Source: an uncultured Gammaproteobacteria bacterium (GTDB lineage: Bacteria; Pseudomonadota; Gammaproteobacteria; JACCXJ01). From it: DNA of 64,000 nucleotides. The notes under the pieces are model-generated. The model saw only the letters and a list, made by a program, of their open reading frames with translations, did no database searches and was not told the DNA's origin. Where the stretch lies: positions 207,989 to 271,988 of the forward strand of contig CAVXTM010000010.1 in the NCBI GenBank assembly GCA_963764725.1, in the 5' to 3' direction. Every line of letters starts with the position of its first letter. Positions within the stretch are counted from its first letter, which is position 1. Below are positions 32,094 to 44,132 of this stretch, piece after piece. The position numbers and the translations under genes are program-made.

Positions 32094-32900
32094 TCAGCGC
32101 TTAGGAACCAGCGCCACGACGCGGACCGGCCCGCCAGAGCCGCCTTCGATCTTCATCGGCAGAGCGATGAGCGTCGCACCACGCGGGGGAAGCGCTTCCA
32201 ATCCCGTGAGATTCTCTAACCCCGGAACATTCTTTGCCGCGGCGATCCGGTGAACGATGAAATCCTGAGAGCGCCCATAGTCGATCGAGGCGGTGTCCAC
32301 TCCGAGTGCCGCGACCCTGCGTGCTTCGACCAACAGGCGTGCGGCCTTTCCCCCAAAACTCGGGAAACTGAGCCTCGCGCCGGCACCGCGCCGATCGTCG
32401 CCGAGATAATGCTTGCGGTCGGGCCAGAAACGGCTCCAACCCGTTCGCAACAAAACGATGCTCCCTGGCGCGATGACGCCGTGCGCGCGCTCGAAATCAA
32501 GCACGTCTTGTCGCGTGAGTCGATAATCGCGGTCGCCGATCGTCTTACGCGCGATGTCGATCACGATTGCCGGAGCGATCAGTTGTTCCAGAGGCAGGGC
32601 TTCCAACGTGCGTTTGCCTTGCGCGAAATGGATCGGCGCGTCGATATGGGTGCCGCCGTGCTCAGGGGCGCAGAAGGCGTTAGCGCTATAAAAATAGCCC
32701 GCGGGCGTATCACCGTAAGCGAGGCGTGTGAGCTCGAAATGCATCGGTGCGGTGGGCCAATAGATCGTGTCTGTGTTAAACGGGTGGGTGAGGTCGACCA
32801 GCCGATAGGCGCGTGCATCGAATGCCTGTGCCTCCGGCGCGAGCATTCCGGCCAGTAACGCGACAAGGTAGGAAAGCTCTTTACATCGAACGCCGTTCAT
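32094..32900 (-). CDS. Cyclase family protein (kynurenine formamidase-like) with signal peptide
   Basis: EHGGTHIDAPIHF, LLRTGW, GVDTASID, GLENL, GGSGGPVR. Confidence 0.92.
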   Translation of the reverse strand: MNGVRCKELSYLVALLAGMLAPEAQAFDARAYRLVDLTHPFNTDTIYWPTAPMHFELTRLAYGDTPAGYFYSANAFCAPEHGGTHIDAPIHFAQGKRTLEALPLEQLIAPAIVIDIARKTIGDRDYRLTRQDVLDFERAHGVIAPGSIVLLRTGWSRFWPDRKHYLGDDRRGAGARLSFPSFGGKAARLLVEARRVAALGVDTASIDYGRSQDFIVHRIAAAKNVPGLENLTGLEALPPRGATLIALPMKIEGGSGGPVRVVALVPKR

Positions 32901-33035
32901 AAGTAGACCCCAAGTCGTTACACGCGATTAAGCAATCTTGCATTGTCTTATCATTAATCCGTTTTCAATACCACCGGGCGTGCTCCCGGACGGCTCAGCT
33001 AGGGCGGTTAACTAACCCGGAAAAGGTCGGAATTG

Positions 33036-33356
33036 CTATTCATAGTGCAACGCAAGCCACACGGTTTTTTCATCGTTATCGGTCCACTCAACGCGGTGGC
33101 GCCGATGCGCGGGAATGAGGACATAATCGCCGGGGCGCAGCTCGGTGATCTCCGCTTCGCCCTCGAATAGTAGGCCGGCACGCCCGCTCAAGAGTACGAC
33201 CCACTCATTGCGATCTTGGTCATACCATCGACCAGGCGGTGTCGCCTGTCCTGAAGAGACGATCCGTTCGAGCTGAAACCGCGCTCCTTCCAATAACATC
33301 TCAAACAACTCTTCCGACATCGTGTCCGGGATCCGGTTATACAAATTACGAATCAT
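33036..33356 (-). CDS. Cupin domain protein
   Basis: ERIVSSGQATP, WYDQDRNEWV, PGDYVLIPAHRRHRVEWT. Confidence 0.88.
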   Translation of the reverse strand: MIRNLYNRIPDTMSEELFEMLLEGARFQLERIVSSGQATPPGRWYDQDRNEWVVLLSGRAGLLFEGEAEITELRPGDYVLIPAHRRHRVEWTDNDEKTVWLALHYE

Positions 33357-33561
33357 GGGTATTTTAAGAGTTCAAAGTTTTGCGATGACATTAGCATGCG
33401 CTACCCCCTATCGTGAATCAGCGTGCTGACTAGCAGGACGGCTAACTTACAAAAAAAAGGGGTTAAAATACGCGAACCTAGTACAATGTTCGAATAAACG
33501 ATGTAAGTAAATCGCGATAAGATCGAAGAACGAGGTAAGAACTGAGACAGACTTTGCAGCC

Positions 33562-36500
33562 ATGAATAATCAGTTCTTCGAAAGGCCCATTCTCAACTCT
33601 CCCTACGAGTACCCGTCTCGTTACTGGGAGCTCGATGAGCAGGGCCAGCCGACTCAGAGAATCATCGAGCGCCGCCGCCGCGCCGAGTTCATCACGCCGA
33701 TTCCGAAGCCGAAGAAAGCGCAAGGGTTCGGCTGAACAAACGTCCTTTCGTCTTCGACGAAGGCAAAGGACTCTCCACCGCAGAAGCAGCAGTACGACCA
33801 CACAGCCATCATCAATTCGAGTTCGCCAGCAGGTGGACCAGTGGCGGCGCTTGCCGAATCCCAACGACTGGCGCGTAACCCCGGAGACGGCGCGCCTGCT
33901 TCAGCACTGGCGGCATCACAAATTCAGCAGCATCCGTCCGTTCTTCTGTCAGATCGAGGCGGTCGAGACCGCCATCTGGCTGACCGAAGTCGCACCCCAG
34001 GCGGGCAAGGTGGGCGAGGGTTTTCTTGAACACCTGGCCAATGCCAACAACGACGCCAACCCGGAGCTCATGCGCCTCGCGCTGAAGCTGGCCACCGGTG
34101 CCGGCAAGACCACGGTCATGGCGATGCTCATCGCCTGGCAAACCATCAACGCGGTGCGGCGACCGCAGAGCAAACGCTTCACGCGCGGCTTTCTCGTCGT
34201 CGCACCGGGCCTCACGATCAAGGATCGCCTGCGCGTCCTGCAACCGAACGATCCGGACAGCTACTACCAGAGCCGCGAACTGGTTCCGGGCGACATGCTG
34301 GACGACGTGAACCGCGCCAAGATCGTCATCACCAACTATCACGCCTTCAAGCTTCGCGAGCGGATCGATCTTTCCAAGGGCGGACGCTCGCTGCTCCAAG
34401 GGCGCGGCGAAGAGCTGAACACCCTCGAAACCGAGGGCCAGATGCTCCAGCGGGTGATGCCCGATCTGATGGGCATGAAGAACATTCTCGTGCTCAACGA
34501 CGAAGCCCACCACTGCTATCGAGAGAAGCCGGGAGCCGATGACGAGGAAGATCTGAAAGGGCGACGACAAGAAGGAGGCCGAGAAGAACAACGAAGCCGC
34601 CCGTCTCTGGATCTCCGGCCTTGAAACCGTCAATCGCAAACTCGGCGTCGCACGCGTGATCGACTTGTCCGCGACGCCGTTCTTTCTGCGCGGCTCAGGC
34701 TATGCCGAGGGCACGCTGTTCCCGTGGACGATGAGCGACTTCTCGCTGATGGACGCCATCGAGTGCGGCATCGTCAAATTGCCGCGCGTGCCGGTGGCCG
34801 ACAACATTCCCGGCGCGGAGATGCCGATGTTCCGCAACCTCTGGGAACACATTCGCTCGAAGATGCCGAAGAAGGGGCCGAGGCAAAGCCAATACGCTCG
34901 ATCCACTGAGCCTGCCGCCGCAACTCCAGACAGCACTCGAAGCCCTTTACGGTCACTACGAAAAGACCTTCGCCTTTGGGAGAAGGCCGGAATTCGCGTG
35001 CCTCCCTGCTTCATCGTGGTCTGCAACAACACCTCCACCTCCAAGCTGGTATACGACTTCATCTCCGGCTTTCACCGGCAGAACGATGACGGCTCTAGCA
35101 CTCTTGGTAAACGGGCGCCTCGCGCTGTTCCGCAACTTCGACGAGCACGGCAACCCGTTCCCGCGGCCGAACACACTGCTCATCGACAGCGAGCAGCTCG
35201 AATCCGGCGAGGCGCTGGATGACAATTTCCGCGCTATGGCCGCCGATGAGATCGAGCGCTTCCGCCGCGAGATCCTCGAACGCGGCGGCCAAGCTCGCCG
35301 ATGAACTGCAAAAGGGGAAAGAACTCGATGATGTGACACTGCTCCGCGAAGTGATGAATACCGTCGGCAAGTACGGCCAGTTGGGCGGATCGATTCGTTG
35401 CGTCGTTTCCGTCTCGATGCTCACCGAGGGCTGGGATGCCAATACCGTCACCCACGTGCTCGGCGTGCGCGCCTTCGGCACCCAGCTCCTGTGCGAGCAG
35501 GTCATCGGACGGGCGCTGCGCCGCCAGTCCTACGACCTGAACGAAGAAGGTCTCTTCAATGTGGAATACGCCGACGTGCTCGGCATTCCCTTCGACTTCA
35601 CCGCCAAGCCGGTGGTCGCGCCGCCACAACCGCCGCGCGAGACCATCCAGGTCAAGGCGGTGCGGCCCGATCGCGATGCGCTCGAAATCCGCTTCCCGCG
35701 TGTCGAAGGCTATCGCGTCGAGTTGCCCGAGGAACGGCTGACCGCCGAGTTCAACGAAGACTCCGTGCTCGAACTGACGCCGGATCTGGTCGGGGCCACC
35801 GAAACGCAGAAACTCCGGAATCATCGGCGAGACGGTGGACCTCAATCTCGTGCATACCGGCGACGTGCGGCCGTCGCAGGTCGCTGTACGAGCTGACGTC
35901 GCACCTGGTGCTGACGCAAGTGGCGCGACGCCCGGCGAAGACCGCAAGCTGCACCTGTTCGGCCAGCTCAAGCGCATCGCCAAGCAGTGGCTCGACGGAG
36001 TATTTGGTTTGCAAAGGCGGTACCTATCCTGCGCAGCTCAAGTACAAGATGCTGGCCGACATGGCCTGCGAGCGGATCATGGCGGGAATCACGCGCGAGT
36101 TCGATCGGCGAGCGCCCCATCAAAGCCGTGCTCGATCCCTACAATCCCACCGGCTCCACGAGCACACGTCAACTTCAACACGTCAAAGCCGGATCGCTGG
36201 GAAACCGACTCCCGCCGTTGTCACATCAACTGGGTCGTGCTCGACAGCGATTGGGAGGCCGAGTTCTGCCGCGTGGCCGAATCGCACCCGCGTGTCCGAG
36301 CCTACGTCAAGAACCACAACCTCGGTCTTGAAGTGCCTTACCGTTACGGCTCGGAGACGCGCAGGTACCTGCCCGACTTCATCGTGCTGGTGGACGACGG
36401 GCACGGCGAAGACGATCTCCTGCACCTCATCGTCGAGATCAAAGGCTACCGGCGCGAGGACGCCAAGGAAAAGAAATCCACCATGGACACCTACTGGGTG

Positions 36501-36650
36501 CCTGGCGTTAATCATCTCGGGACACATGGCCGCTGGGCTTTTGCCGAGTTCACCGAGGTCTATCAGATCGAGGCCGACTTCGAAGCGAAAGTCAAAGCCG
36601 AGTTCAATAAGATGATCGAAACGTATACCGGTCGAATCGGCCCGGAGTAA
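33562..36650 (+). pseudogene. Type III-like restriction endonuclease/helicase Res subunit (BPTD_3080-like), with many frameshifts in this sequence
   Basis: Stitched frames give MNNQFFERPILNSPYEYP, LKLATGAGKT (Walker A), LNDEAHH, SATP, MLTEGWD, EQVIGRALRR and nuclease YLPDF...VEIKG. About ten or more single-base indels, which may be sequencing errors. Confidence 0.9.
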
Positions 36651-36744
36651 TCTAGTCAATCAAATAGCAGCAACACGCATCAGGAGGCATCATGGCCAAT
36701 ACGCTACCGTTGGACAAAATGTCGCCTGGAAGAACGGCTCCAAC

Positions 36745-37035
36745 ATGAACAGAAACGAAACATTGAAACTCCTGCAAACCCACAAGCCGTACTTGGCCCG
36801 GGAGTTCGGCGTTACCGCTTTGGCTCTGTTCGGCTCCATCGCGCGCGATGTCGCGGGCGCGAACAGCGACGTGGACATCCTGATCGCCTTCGATGGCCCA
36901 GCGACATCAAAGCGTTATTTCGGTGTCCAGTTCTATCTGGAAGACCTGCTGGGCCGCCCTGTGGATCTGGTGACGGTAAAGGCACTGCGTCCGGAGCTGC
37001 GCTCCCACATCGAGCGAGAGGCCATCCATGTCTAA
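36745..37035 (+). CDS. MNT minimal nucleotidyltransferase antitoxin
   Basis: LFGSIARD...SDVDILI (GSx10DxD), LEDLLGRPVDLV. Confidence 0.92.
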   Translation: MNRNETLKLLQTHKPYLAREFGVTALALFGSIARDVAGANSDVDILIAFDGPATSKRYFGVQFYLEDLLGRPVDLVTVKALRPELRSHIEREAIHV

Positions 37036-37387
37036 TGGAGTGCGGGGCGAGCGCGAGTGGCGTTTCTACGTAGACGACATGATCGTCTTCGCGGAAAAGG
37101 TTCTGTCTTACACCAACGGATTGGATCAATCCAGTTTCGTTGCCGACGGGCTCACCTACGATGCCACCCTGCGCAACCTGGAGCTGATCGGCGAGGCGGC
37201 TACCCACATCCCCGACGCGGTGCGCGCCGCTCATCCCGACATCCCGTGGCGGCTGATCATCGCCACGCGCAACCGCCTGATCCACGCCTACTTGGGCATT
37301 GACGACGATACGCTCTGGAGCATCGTCCAGGACGACATCCCTGCGTTCCTGACGGCCTTGCAGAAGCTCAAGCAAGCCCACCAGTGA
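37028..37387 (+). CDS. HEPN (DUF86/HepT) RNase toxin
   Basis: RNLELIGEAA, IPW and the RNRLIHAY (Rx4HxY) HEPN motif; overlaps the MNT gene. Confidence 0.92.
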   Translation: MSNGVRGEREWRFYVDDMIVFAEKVLSYTNGLDQSSFVADGLTYDATLRNLELIGEAATHIPDAVRAAHPDIPWRLIIATRNRLIHAYLGIDDDTLWSIVQDDIPAFLTALQKLKQAHQ

Positions 37388-39258
37388 TGTGACCGCAACA
37401 ACGGATAGCTCTCCATGGCTAGAAACAAATCGGACACCAAGAAGACCGTCGAAACCCTCAAGCACGACGAGGCCACGCGCAAAAACATTCCGACTGCTGA
37501 ATATCAGTCGGTGATGCAGAAGCACGAGCAGGCCCCCGTCCGCGTGACCTACGAGCGCGGTGCAGCCGGGCTCGACGATGCGAAAGAGCAGCGCAACCGC
37601 GACCTCGATCCGCAGCTCGTCTGGCGCGGCAAGGACGAGCAGGACTGGAGCGACCTCGTCGTCCACGCCCCGCCGCTCTACATCCAGGAGAAGGTACACC
37701 CCAAGGTGCTCATCGACGACCTGCTCAAGCAGACTCGCGAGCAGCGCGCGCAAGAAGTCGGCGCGCAGTTCGATCTCTTTGGCGACTTCAACGGCATCCC
37801 CGAGGGCGTGGACAAGACCGAGTTCTACCAGCACGACCAGAACTGGTCGAACCGCATGATCCTCGGCGACAGTCCTACAGGTGATGGCGAGCCTCGCCGA
37901 GCGCGAAGGACTGCGCGGCAAGGTGCAATGCATCTACCTCGACCCGCCCTACGGCATCAAATTCAACAGCAACTTCCAGTGGACTACCACCAGCCGCGAC
38001 GTGAAGGACGGCAAGGCCGACCACATCACCCGCGAGCCAGAGCAGGTCAAAGCCTTCCGCGACACCTGGCGCGACGGCATCCACAGCTACCTCACGTATC
38101 TGCGCGACCGGCTGACCGTGGCGCGGGATTTACTGACGGATTCGGGTTCGATCTTCGTGCAGATCGGGGATGAGAATGTGCATCGCGTGCGGGCGGTGAT
38201 GGATGAGGTGTTTGGGGACGAGAACTTTATCGTTGCAAATCGACTTCGCCACAACGACGAGCCAAACCTGCGCAATTCGTGTCGAGTATTTCAGACCACA
38301 TCCTTTGGTATTGCAAAGGACAGATTGCAGACGAAATATCCGGGAGCTGTAGCTTTCGAAGGATCGTGAGAGGCAGGAAACATCTTCGTTTCGCGCTTTA
38401 CGAACACGATTTCGTAATCTCACGCAATCCTGCAAACGAGAATGCTCGGCTGTCGGTATTTGGTGATCTTCACTTCTCGGTCCGGCGGGGAGTCCTCAAC
38501 GGCGACCATTCCGTCTGGTTTGGCCACGACTTTATCCCGAACTGCCGGCGGAGTGGAAGACCAGCTTGGTCGGCTTAGAAAGGTTAGGGAAAGCCCATCG
38601 ACTTGGTCTACGTGGCAAGAATGCCTTCTACAAGAGATACTTCGACGATTGGCCATTTTCCCCAATGCCAAACGCTTGGACTGGACACTCAATCCGGAGG
38701 GCTCGGTGTTGAGAGCAGGATCTATGTCGTTCAGACGAACTTTAAGGTAATAGAGCGCTGCATCCTGATGACCACCGACCCCGGCGACCTTGTCCTCGAC
38801 CCGACCTGCGGTTCCGGCACCACCGCCACCGTCGCCGAGCAATGGGGCGGGTCGCCGCTGGATCACGATTGACACCTCGCGCGTGGCACTGGCGCTTGGC
38901 CCGGGCTCGCATCATGGGTGCGCGCTATCCGTATTACCTGCTGACCGATTCGCGCGAAGGCCAGATCAAGGAAGCCGAAGTGACCCGCACCGTGCCGTCC
39001 TCGCAAGCGGTCCGCGGCAGCATCCGCCACGGATTCGTTTACGAGCGTGTGCCGCACATCACGCTCAAGTCCATCGCCAACAACGTGGAGATTGACGTCA
39101 TCTGGGATAAATACCAGGCCATCCTCGAACCTCTGCGCGAGCAACTCAACGAAGCTCTTGTAGGATAATGGTATGGACTCCTCCCCTCCCTAACGGCATC
39201 GTGATGTGCCAAAGTGGAGGATGTAACAACCACTTGAACAGAAGAGGAGAAGTCCGCT

Positions 39259-40275
39259 ATGAACGTTACAACAATCGGGTTAGACATTGCAAAGAATGTC
39301 TTTCAGGCACACGGTGTGGACGGGAAGGGGAAGGTCGCGGTGCGCAAGTCGCTCAGGCGAGGGCAGGTCTTGGCGTTCTTCGCCAACCTCGACCCTTGCG
39401 TGGTAGGGATCGAAGCCTGCGCCGGCGCACACTACTGGGCGCGGGAGCTGGGGAAGCTCGGGCATACGGTCAGGCTCATCAGCCCGCAGTTCGTCAAGCC
39501 CTACGTGAAGGGGAACAAGAATGACAAGAACGACGCGGAGGCGATCTGCGAGGCGGTGGGGCGCCCGAACATGCGTTTTGTGCCGGTGAAGAGCACCGAG
39601 AGCCAAGACATTCTGGCGCTGCACCGGGTACGCAGTGGGTTGGTAAAGGAACGCACCGCGCAGGCAAACCGGCTGCGGGGTTTGTTAGGCGAGTATGGCA
39701 TCGTCATCGGTCAGGGCTTGGCGCAGGTACGCAAGCGCCTGCCGGAGATCTTGGAAGACGGCGAGAACGGCCTGAGTGGCTTGGCGCGAGAGCTGTTTGC
39801 CGATCTCCACCGGCAGGTCCTGGAGCTGGACCGGCAAGTGGGGGCCTACGGCGTCAAGCTCCAAGGGCTCTACCATGCGAGCGAGGCGTGCCAGAGGATT
39901 GGCCGGATGCCGGGGGTAGGGCCGATCACGGCGACGGCGGCCGTCGCCTCGGTCGGTGATGGTCGAGCGTTCGAGTCCGGGCGGCAGGTCGCGGCCTGGG
40001 TGGGGCTCGTGCCGCGGCAGGATTCGAGCGGGGGCAAGCCCAAGCTCCTGGGGATCAGCAAGCGGGGCGATACCTACCTGCGCACTCTGCTCATCCACGG
40101 GGCGCGGTCCGTGGTGAAGGCGGCGGCCAAGAAGACCGACGCCCAGAGCCGGTGGATCAACGACCTCGTCAAACGGCGCAACAAGAACATCGCAGCGGTG
40201 GCGGTGGAAAAGAGCTCGGGCGATCTGGGCGCTCCTGAGGCGAGACGAGGGTTACCGCGCGCGGGTTTCGGTTGA
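39259..40275 (+). CDS. IS1111-type DEDD recombinase/transposase (frameshift near the C-terminus)
   Basis: IGLDIAK, GIEAC, KNDKNDAEAI, catalytic Ser motif SSGGK. The normal tail (ARAIWALLRRDEGY) continues in another frame from about 40210. Confidence 0.94.
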   Translation: MNVTTIGLDIAKNVFQAHGVDGKGKVAVRKSLRRGQVLAFFANLDPCVVGIEACAGAHYWARELGKLGHTVRLISPQFVKPYVKGNKNDKNDAEAICEAVGRPNMRFVPVKSTESQDILALHRVRSGLVKERTAQANRLRGLLGEYGIVIGQGLAQVRKRLPEILEDGENGLSGLARELFADLHRQVLELDRQVGAYGVKLQGLYHASEACQRIGRMPGVGPITATAAVASVGDGRAFESGRQVAAWVGLVPRQDSSGGKPKLLGISKRGDTYLRTLLIHGARSVVKAAAKKTDAQSRWINDLVKRRNKNIAAVAVEKSSGDLGAPEARRGLPRAGFG

Positions 40276-40289
40276 CGCGTAGCACGCGA

Positions 40290-40535
40290 GGCCACAGGGT
40301 TTTTCACCTTCCACCCAGTTGCGAAGCATCTTTCGAAGCGATGGCAAAGCGGTCAGACCGGTGTTTTCAGCAATCCGCTCAGCGCATGGGCCTTCGAGGC
40401 CGGTAGGATGATTGAGATGAAGACACGCGGATATTCCATCGGGGCCAGAGGCATCGCAAGCCTCATTGACAGGCCGGATATATGGGAGCAACTGCGCTCA
40501 CCGACCGCTGCAATCAAAGCGAAAAGATGCTTGCA
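40290..40535 (+). ncRNA. Predicted seekRNA/bridge RNA of the IS1111-type element (ends approximate)
   Basis: CTCAGCGCAT (40378-40387; 9/10 match to the target bottom strand), hairpin GGCCTTCGAGGCC, then GTAGGATG (40403-40410; identical to the target top strand). Confidence 0.75.
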
Positions 40536-41123
40536 AATCGGGAGGAGTCCATATATGGGCTGAGGCACGAAGCCCATCAATCGCGACCGATGGGCTTCGT
40601 TCTTGCTCAGCCCATCCTACCAAGACGTTCAAACCCTTCGAAGAATGGGAGATTCCACGCGAGGTCGATGCCAAATGGCCGGACGCAGCCAAGAAGCTCC
40701 ATGCCCAATGGTGGGAACAACGCATCGCCCGCCAGCGTGAGATCGATGCGTCGATCGCCGCCAAGGCCGAGTTCGAATACCTCTACGACAAGCCCTACGA
40801 CAACAAGAAGATAGTTCGCGTGGCCGGGCCGTTCACCGTCGAGAGCCTTTCCCCGCACCGCATGCTCGGCGTGGACGAGAACGACGAATTGATTGATCGC
40901 GTCGCCGAACCCGGCGCTGACTACAGCGCCAAGCAGTCTTTTCCCCAGATGATCCTGGAAAACCTCAAAACCGCCGGCGTCCAGCAAGCACATAAGGAAG
41001 ACAAAATCACCTTCACCGCGCTTACGCCGTGGCCCGGCGATCTGGTCTGCGCCGAAGGCCGGTATGTCGAAACGCACCCCTCACCCCAACCCTTGTATGT
41101 TCTATTTTGTAGAAATTAATGAA

Positions 41124-42169
41124 ACGGGCTATCCACTTAACGCAAGTCACCGCTATATGTTGGGGTCCGGGCTGTTGACGATTTGGCGGTAAGACACTGG
41201 CGGCGTCGCCACGGCCTGTTGCATCAGGCGGTAGAAGAGAAGCCCGCGGGAGCGAGAGGTGCGCCGGTTGAAGCGAAACGTGTATTCGTCGAGGTAGTAG
41301 TCGAGGTACCTGCCACTTACCGCGCCTTGGTGAGTTCCGAGCAGCCAGCGTTTGAGCAGAGAGGCGATGCGGTGGACACCGGGCATCAGGACATGGGCCG
41401 GGTCTCCGCTGTCGGAGAGATTCGTCTTGATGCGCGTATATCCAGACTTCGTCATGTCGTTGTACCCGCCCCAGGCGTCGGTGAGAACTTCCGAACCGGG
41501 CTCAATGCTCTCGCGCACGAAAGGGACGAGATTGGCGCCGGAGGCGTCGGCCACACGTCTCATGCGCACGCGTCCAAATCCCTTCGGTTCGTGTAGTTCG
41601 ACGGCGATGACCACAATCTCCTTTCGTTCTGCTCCACGGCCACGCTTACCGCCTTTTTCGCTGCCTCCTACGAGCGTCTCGTCCACTTCAACGCGACCAT
41701 GAAGCCGCTCGCGCCCAGCTCGCACCATCGCGCGTCGCAGCTTATGCAACCAGGTCCATGCCGTTTGATAGCTTCCCAACCCCAGAACCCGCTTCAGGCC
41801 GAGAGCGTTGGCTCCATGCTTCTGACTCGTCACAAACCATATCGCCGCCAACCATGTCTTCAACGGGATACGCGTTCGCTCGAACATCGTACCTGCCGTG
41901 ACCGAGATCTCTGCACCGCAATCCCGACAATGCAGGTAACCTCGTCCCGTGATCCAGGGCGCACCGCTGGACCCACAGCGTGGACAGTGGTAACCCGCTG
42001 GCCAGCGAAGGCCCGCAAGATACTCGCGACAGCCCGCATCGTCCTCGAAAAAATCATTGAACTCGCCGAATGTCCGAGGGTAGTCGGACCCGCCGACTGG
42101 CCCTTCCCCTGTCCCCATGGGTAGCAAACACTAGATGTTGTGGTGACTTGCGTCAAGTGGATAGCCCGT
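41124..42169 (-). mobile_element. IS1595-family insertion sequence
   Basis: 28-bp TIRs ACGGGCTATCCACTT(A/G)ACGCAAGTCACC with one mismatch; 8-bp TSD TTAATGAA (41116-41123 and 42170-42177). Confidence 0.95.
41153..42127 (-). CDS. IS1595-family transposase
   Basis: Zn ribbon CPRC...CRDC, VEVDET, VLTD, YLDEYTFRFNRR. Confidence 0.95.
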   Translation of the reverse strand: MLPMGTGEGPVGGSDYPRTFGEFNDFFEDDAGCREYLAGLRWPAGYHCPRCGSSGAPWITGRGYLHCRDCGAEISVTAGTMFERTRIPLKTWLAAIWFVTSQKHGANALGLKRVLGLGSYQTAWTWLHKLRRAMVRAGRERLHGRVEVDETLVGGSEKGGKRGRGAERKEIVVIAVELHEPKGFGRVRMRRVADASGANLVPFVRESIEPGSEVLTDAWGGYNDMTKSGYTRIKTNLSDSGDPAHVLMPGVHRIASLLKRWLLGTHQGAVSGRYLDYYLDEYTFRFNRRTSRSRGLLFYRLMQQAVATPPVSYRQIVNSPDPNI

Positions 42170-42187
42170 TTAATGAAAATGTATTTC

Positions 42188-43308
<1,121 letters not shown>

Positions 43309-43700
43309 CTTTGAACACGGTTGCTCTCCCGCAAGGGGCGAGGGAGAAAAGCGGAGCGCCGCCCAAGGCTTGGAACCCTCTCCACCCAGTGGGGGGAGAG
43401 GGGAGGGTGAGGGGGGCGGAGTAGAAAAACGCGCCGCCATCTTCATCGGTCCGGAATTCGGTACCGTCACCCGCCCCGATCTGGTGGCCGCCGCGCGTGA
43501 GGCCGGCGATGCCGACTTTGACGTGCTGATCGCCTGCGCCTTCAACTACGAGGCACACGCGACCGAGTTTAGCAAGCTCGGCCGTATCCCCGTGCTCAAG
43601 GCGCGCATGAACGCCGACCTCCACATGGCCGAAGACCTCAAGAACACCGGCAAAGGCAATCTGTTCGTGATCTTCGGTGAACCGGATGTGGAAGTGGCTA

Positions 43701-44132
43701 GTGAAGAGTGGTTAGTGGATAGTGACGAGAAGAGAATCGCGCCTTATGAAATCTTTAAGCTCGTTTCGGGAGTTGATAGTCTGGCGGAAGTCAATCGACT
43801 TGGCCGTGAGGATTTACGCGACTACTCGCAGCTTTCCCACCGAGGAGAGATTTGGGATTACATCGCAAATGCGGCGGGCGGCGACCTCCATTCCGGCAAA
43901 CATCGCCGAGGGACAGGCGCGAAAAACGACGGGGGAGTTTCTGCAGTCGCTTGGCGTTGCGCGAGGATCTCTGGCGGAGCTGGAAACCTTTCTGACATTG
44001 TCCGAAAGATTGGAGTTTCTCACCAAACCGGACTCCGAGAGCTTACTCAACGCCTGCGCCGAGATCAACAAAATGCTCCACGCGCTCATGAAATCCTTAT
44101 CGACTCTCCACTAGCCACTAACCACTATTCAC
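43701..44132. mobile_element. Inverted-repeat-bounded four-helix-bundle cassette inserted in frame in mod
   Basis: 25-nt IRs at 43701-43725 and 44108-44132 (22/25 match) built from AGTGGNT heptamers; 432 nt long; the Mod frame has no stop across it. Confidence 0.8.
43746..44114 (+). CDS. Four helix bundle protein (23S rRNA IVS protein / Avd-like family)
   Basis: FRELIVWRKS, FPTEERFGITSQMRRAATSIPANIAEG, ARGSLAELET; encoded in the +1 frame inside mod. Confidence 0.93.
   Translation: MKSLSSFRELIVWRKSIDLAVRIYATTRSFPTEERFGITSQMRRAATSIPANIAEGQARKTTGEFLQSLGVARGSLAELETFLTLSERLEFLTKPDSESLLNACAEINKMLHALMKSLSTLH

Larger units (their letters stand above)
39166..40555 (+). mobile_element. IS110-family, IS1111-group insertion sequence
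   Basis: 13-bp subterminal IRs ATGGACTCCTCCC (39173-39185) and GGGAGGAGTCCAT (40540-40552), set 7 and 3 nt from the ends; no TSD; long 3' non-coding region. Confidence 0.93.
39160..40620. repeat. GTAG-family REP doublet (71 bp once rejoined), in frame within mod and split by the IS1111-type element
   Basis: Joining 39160-39165 to 40556-40620 gives GTAGGATGGGCTGAG...CTCAGCCCATCCTAC (15-bp perfect IR) with inner IR ACGAAGCCCATC/GATGGGCTTCGT. Confidence 0.88.

Noticed and set aside
43694-44132. Diversity-generating retroelement (Avd-like gene) or CRISPR array suggested by the heptamer repeats
   Set aside because: No reverse transcriptase, TR/VR pair, cas gene or repeat-spacer periodicity was seen anywhere in the window.
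43694-44132. Intein or group I/II intron in mod
   Set aside because: The Mod-frame peptide has no intein-type C/S...HN-C/S/T termini, and I could not recognise group I or II intron boundary motifs.
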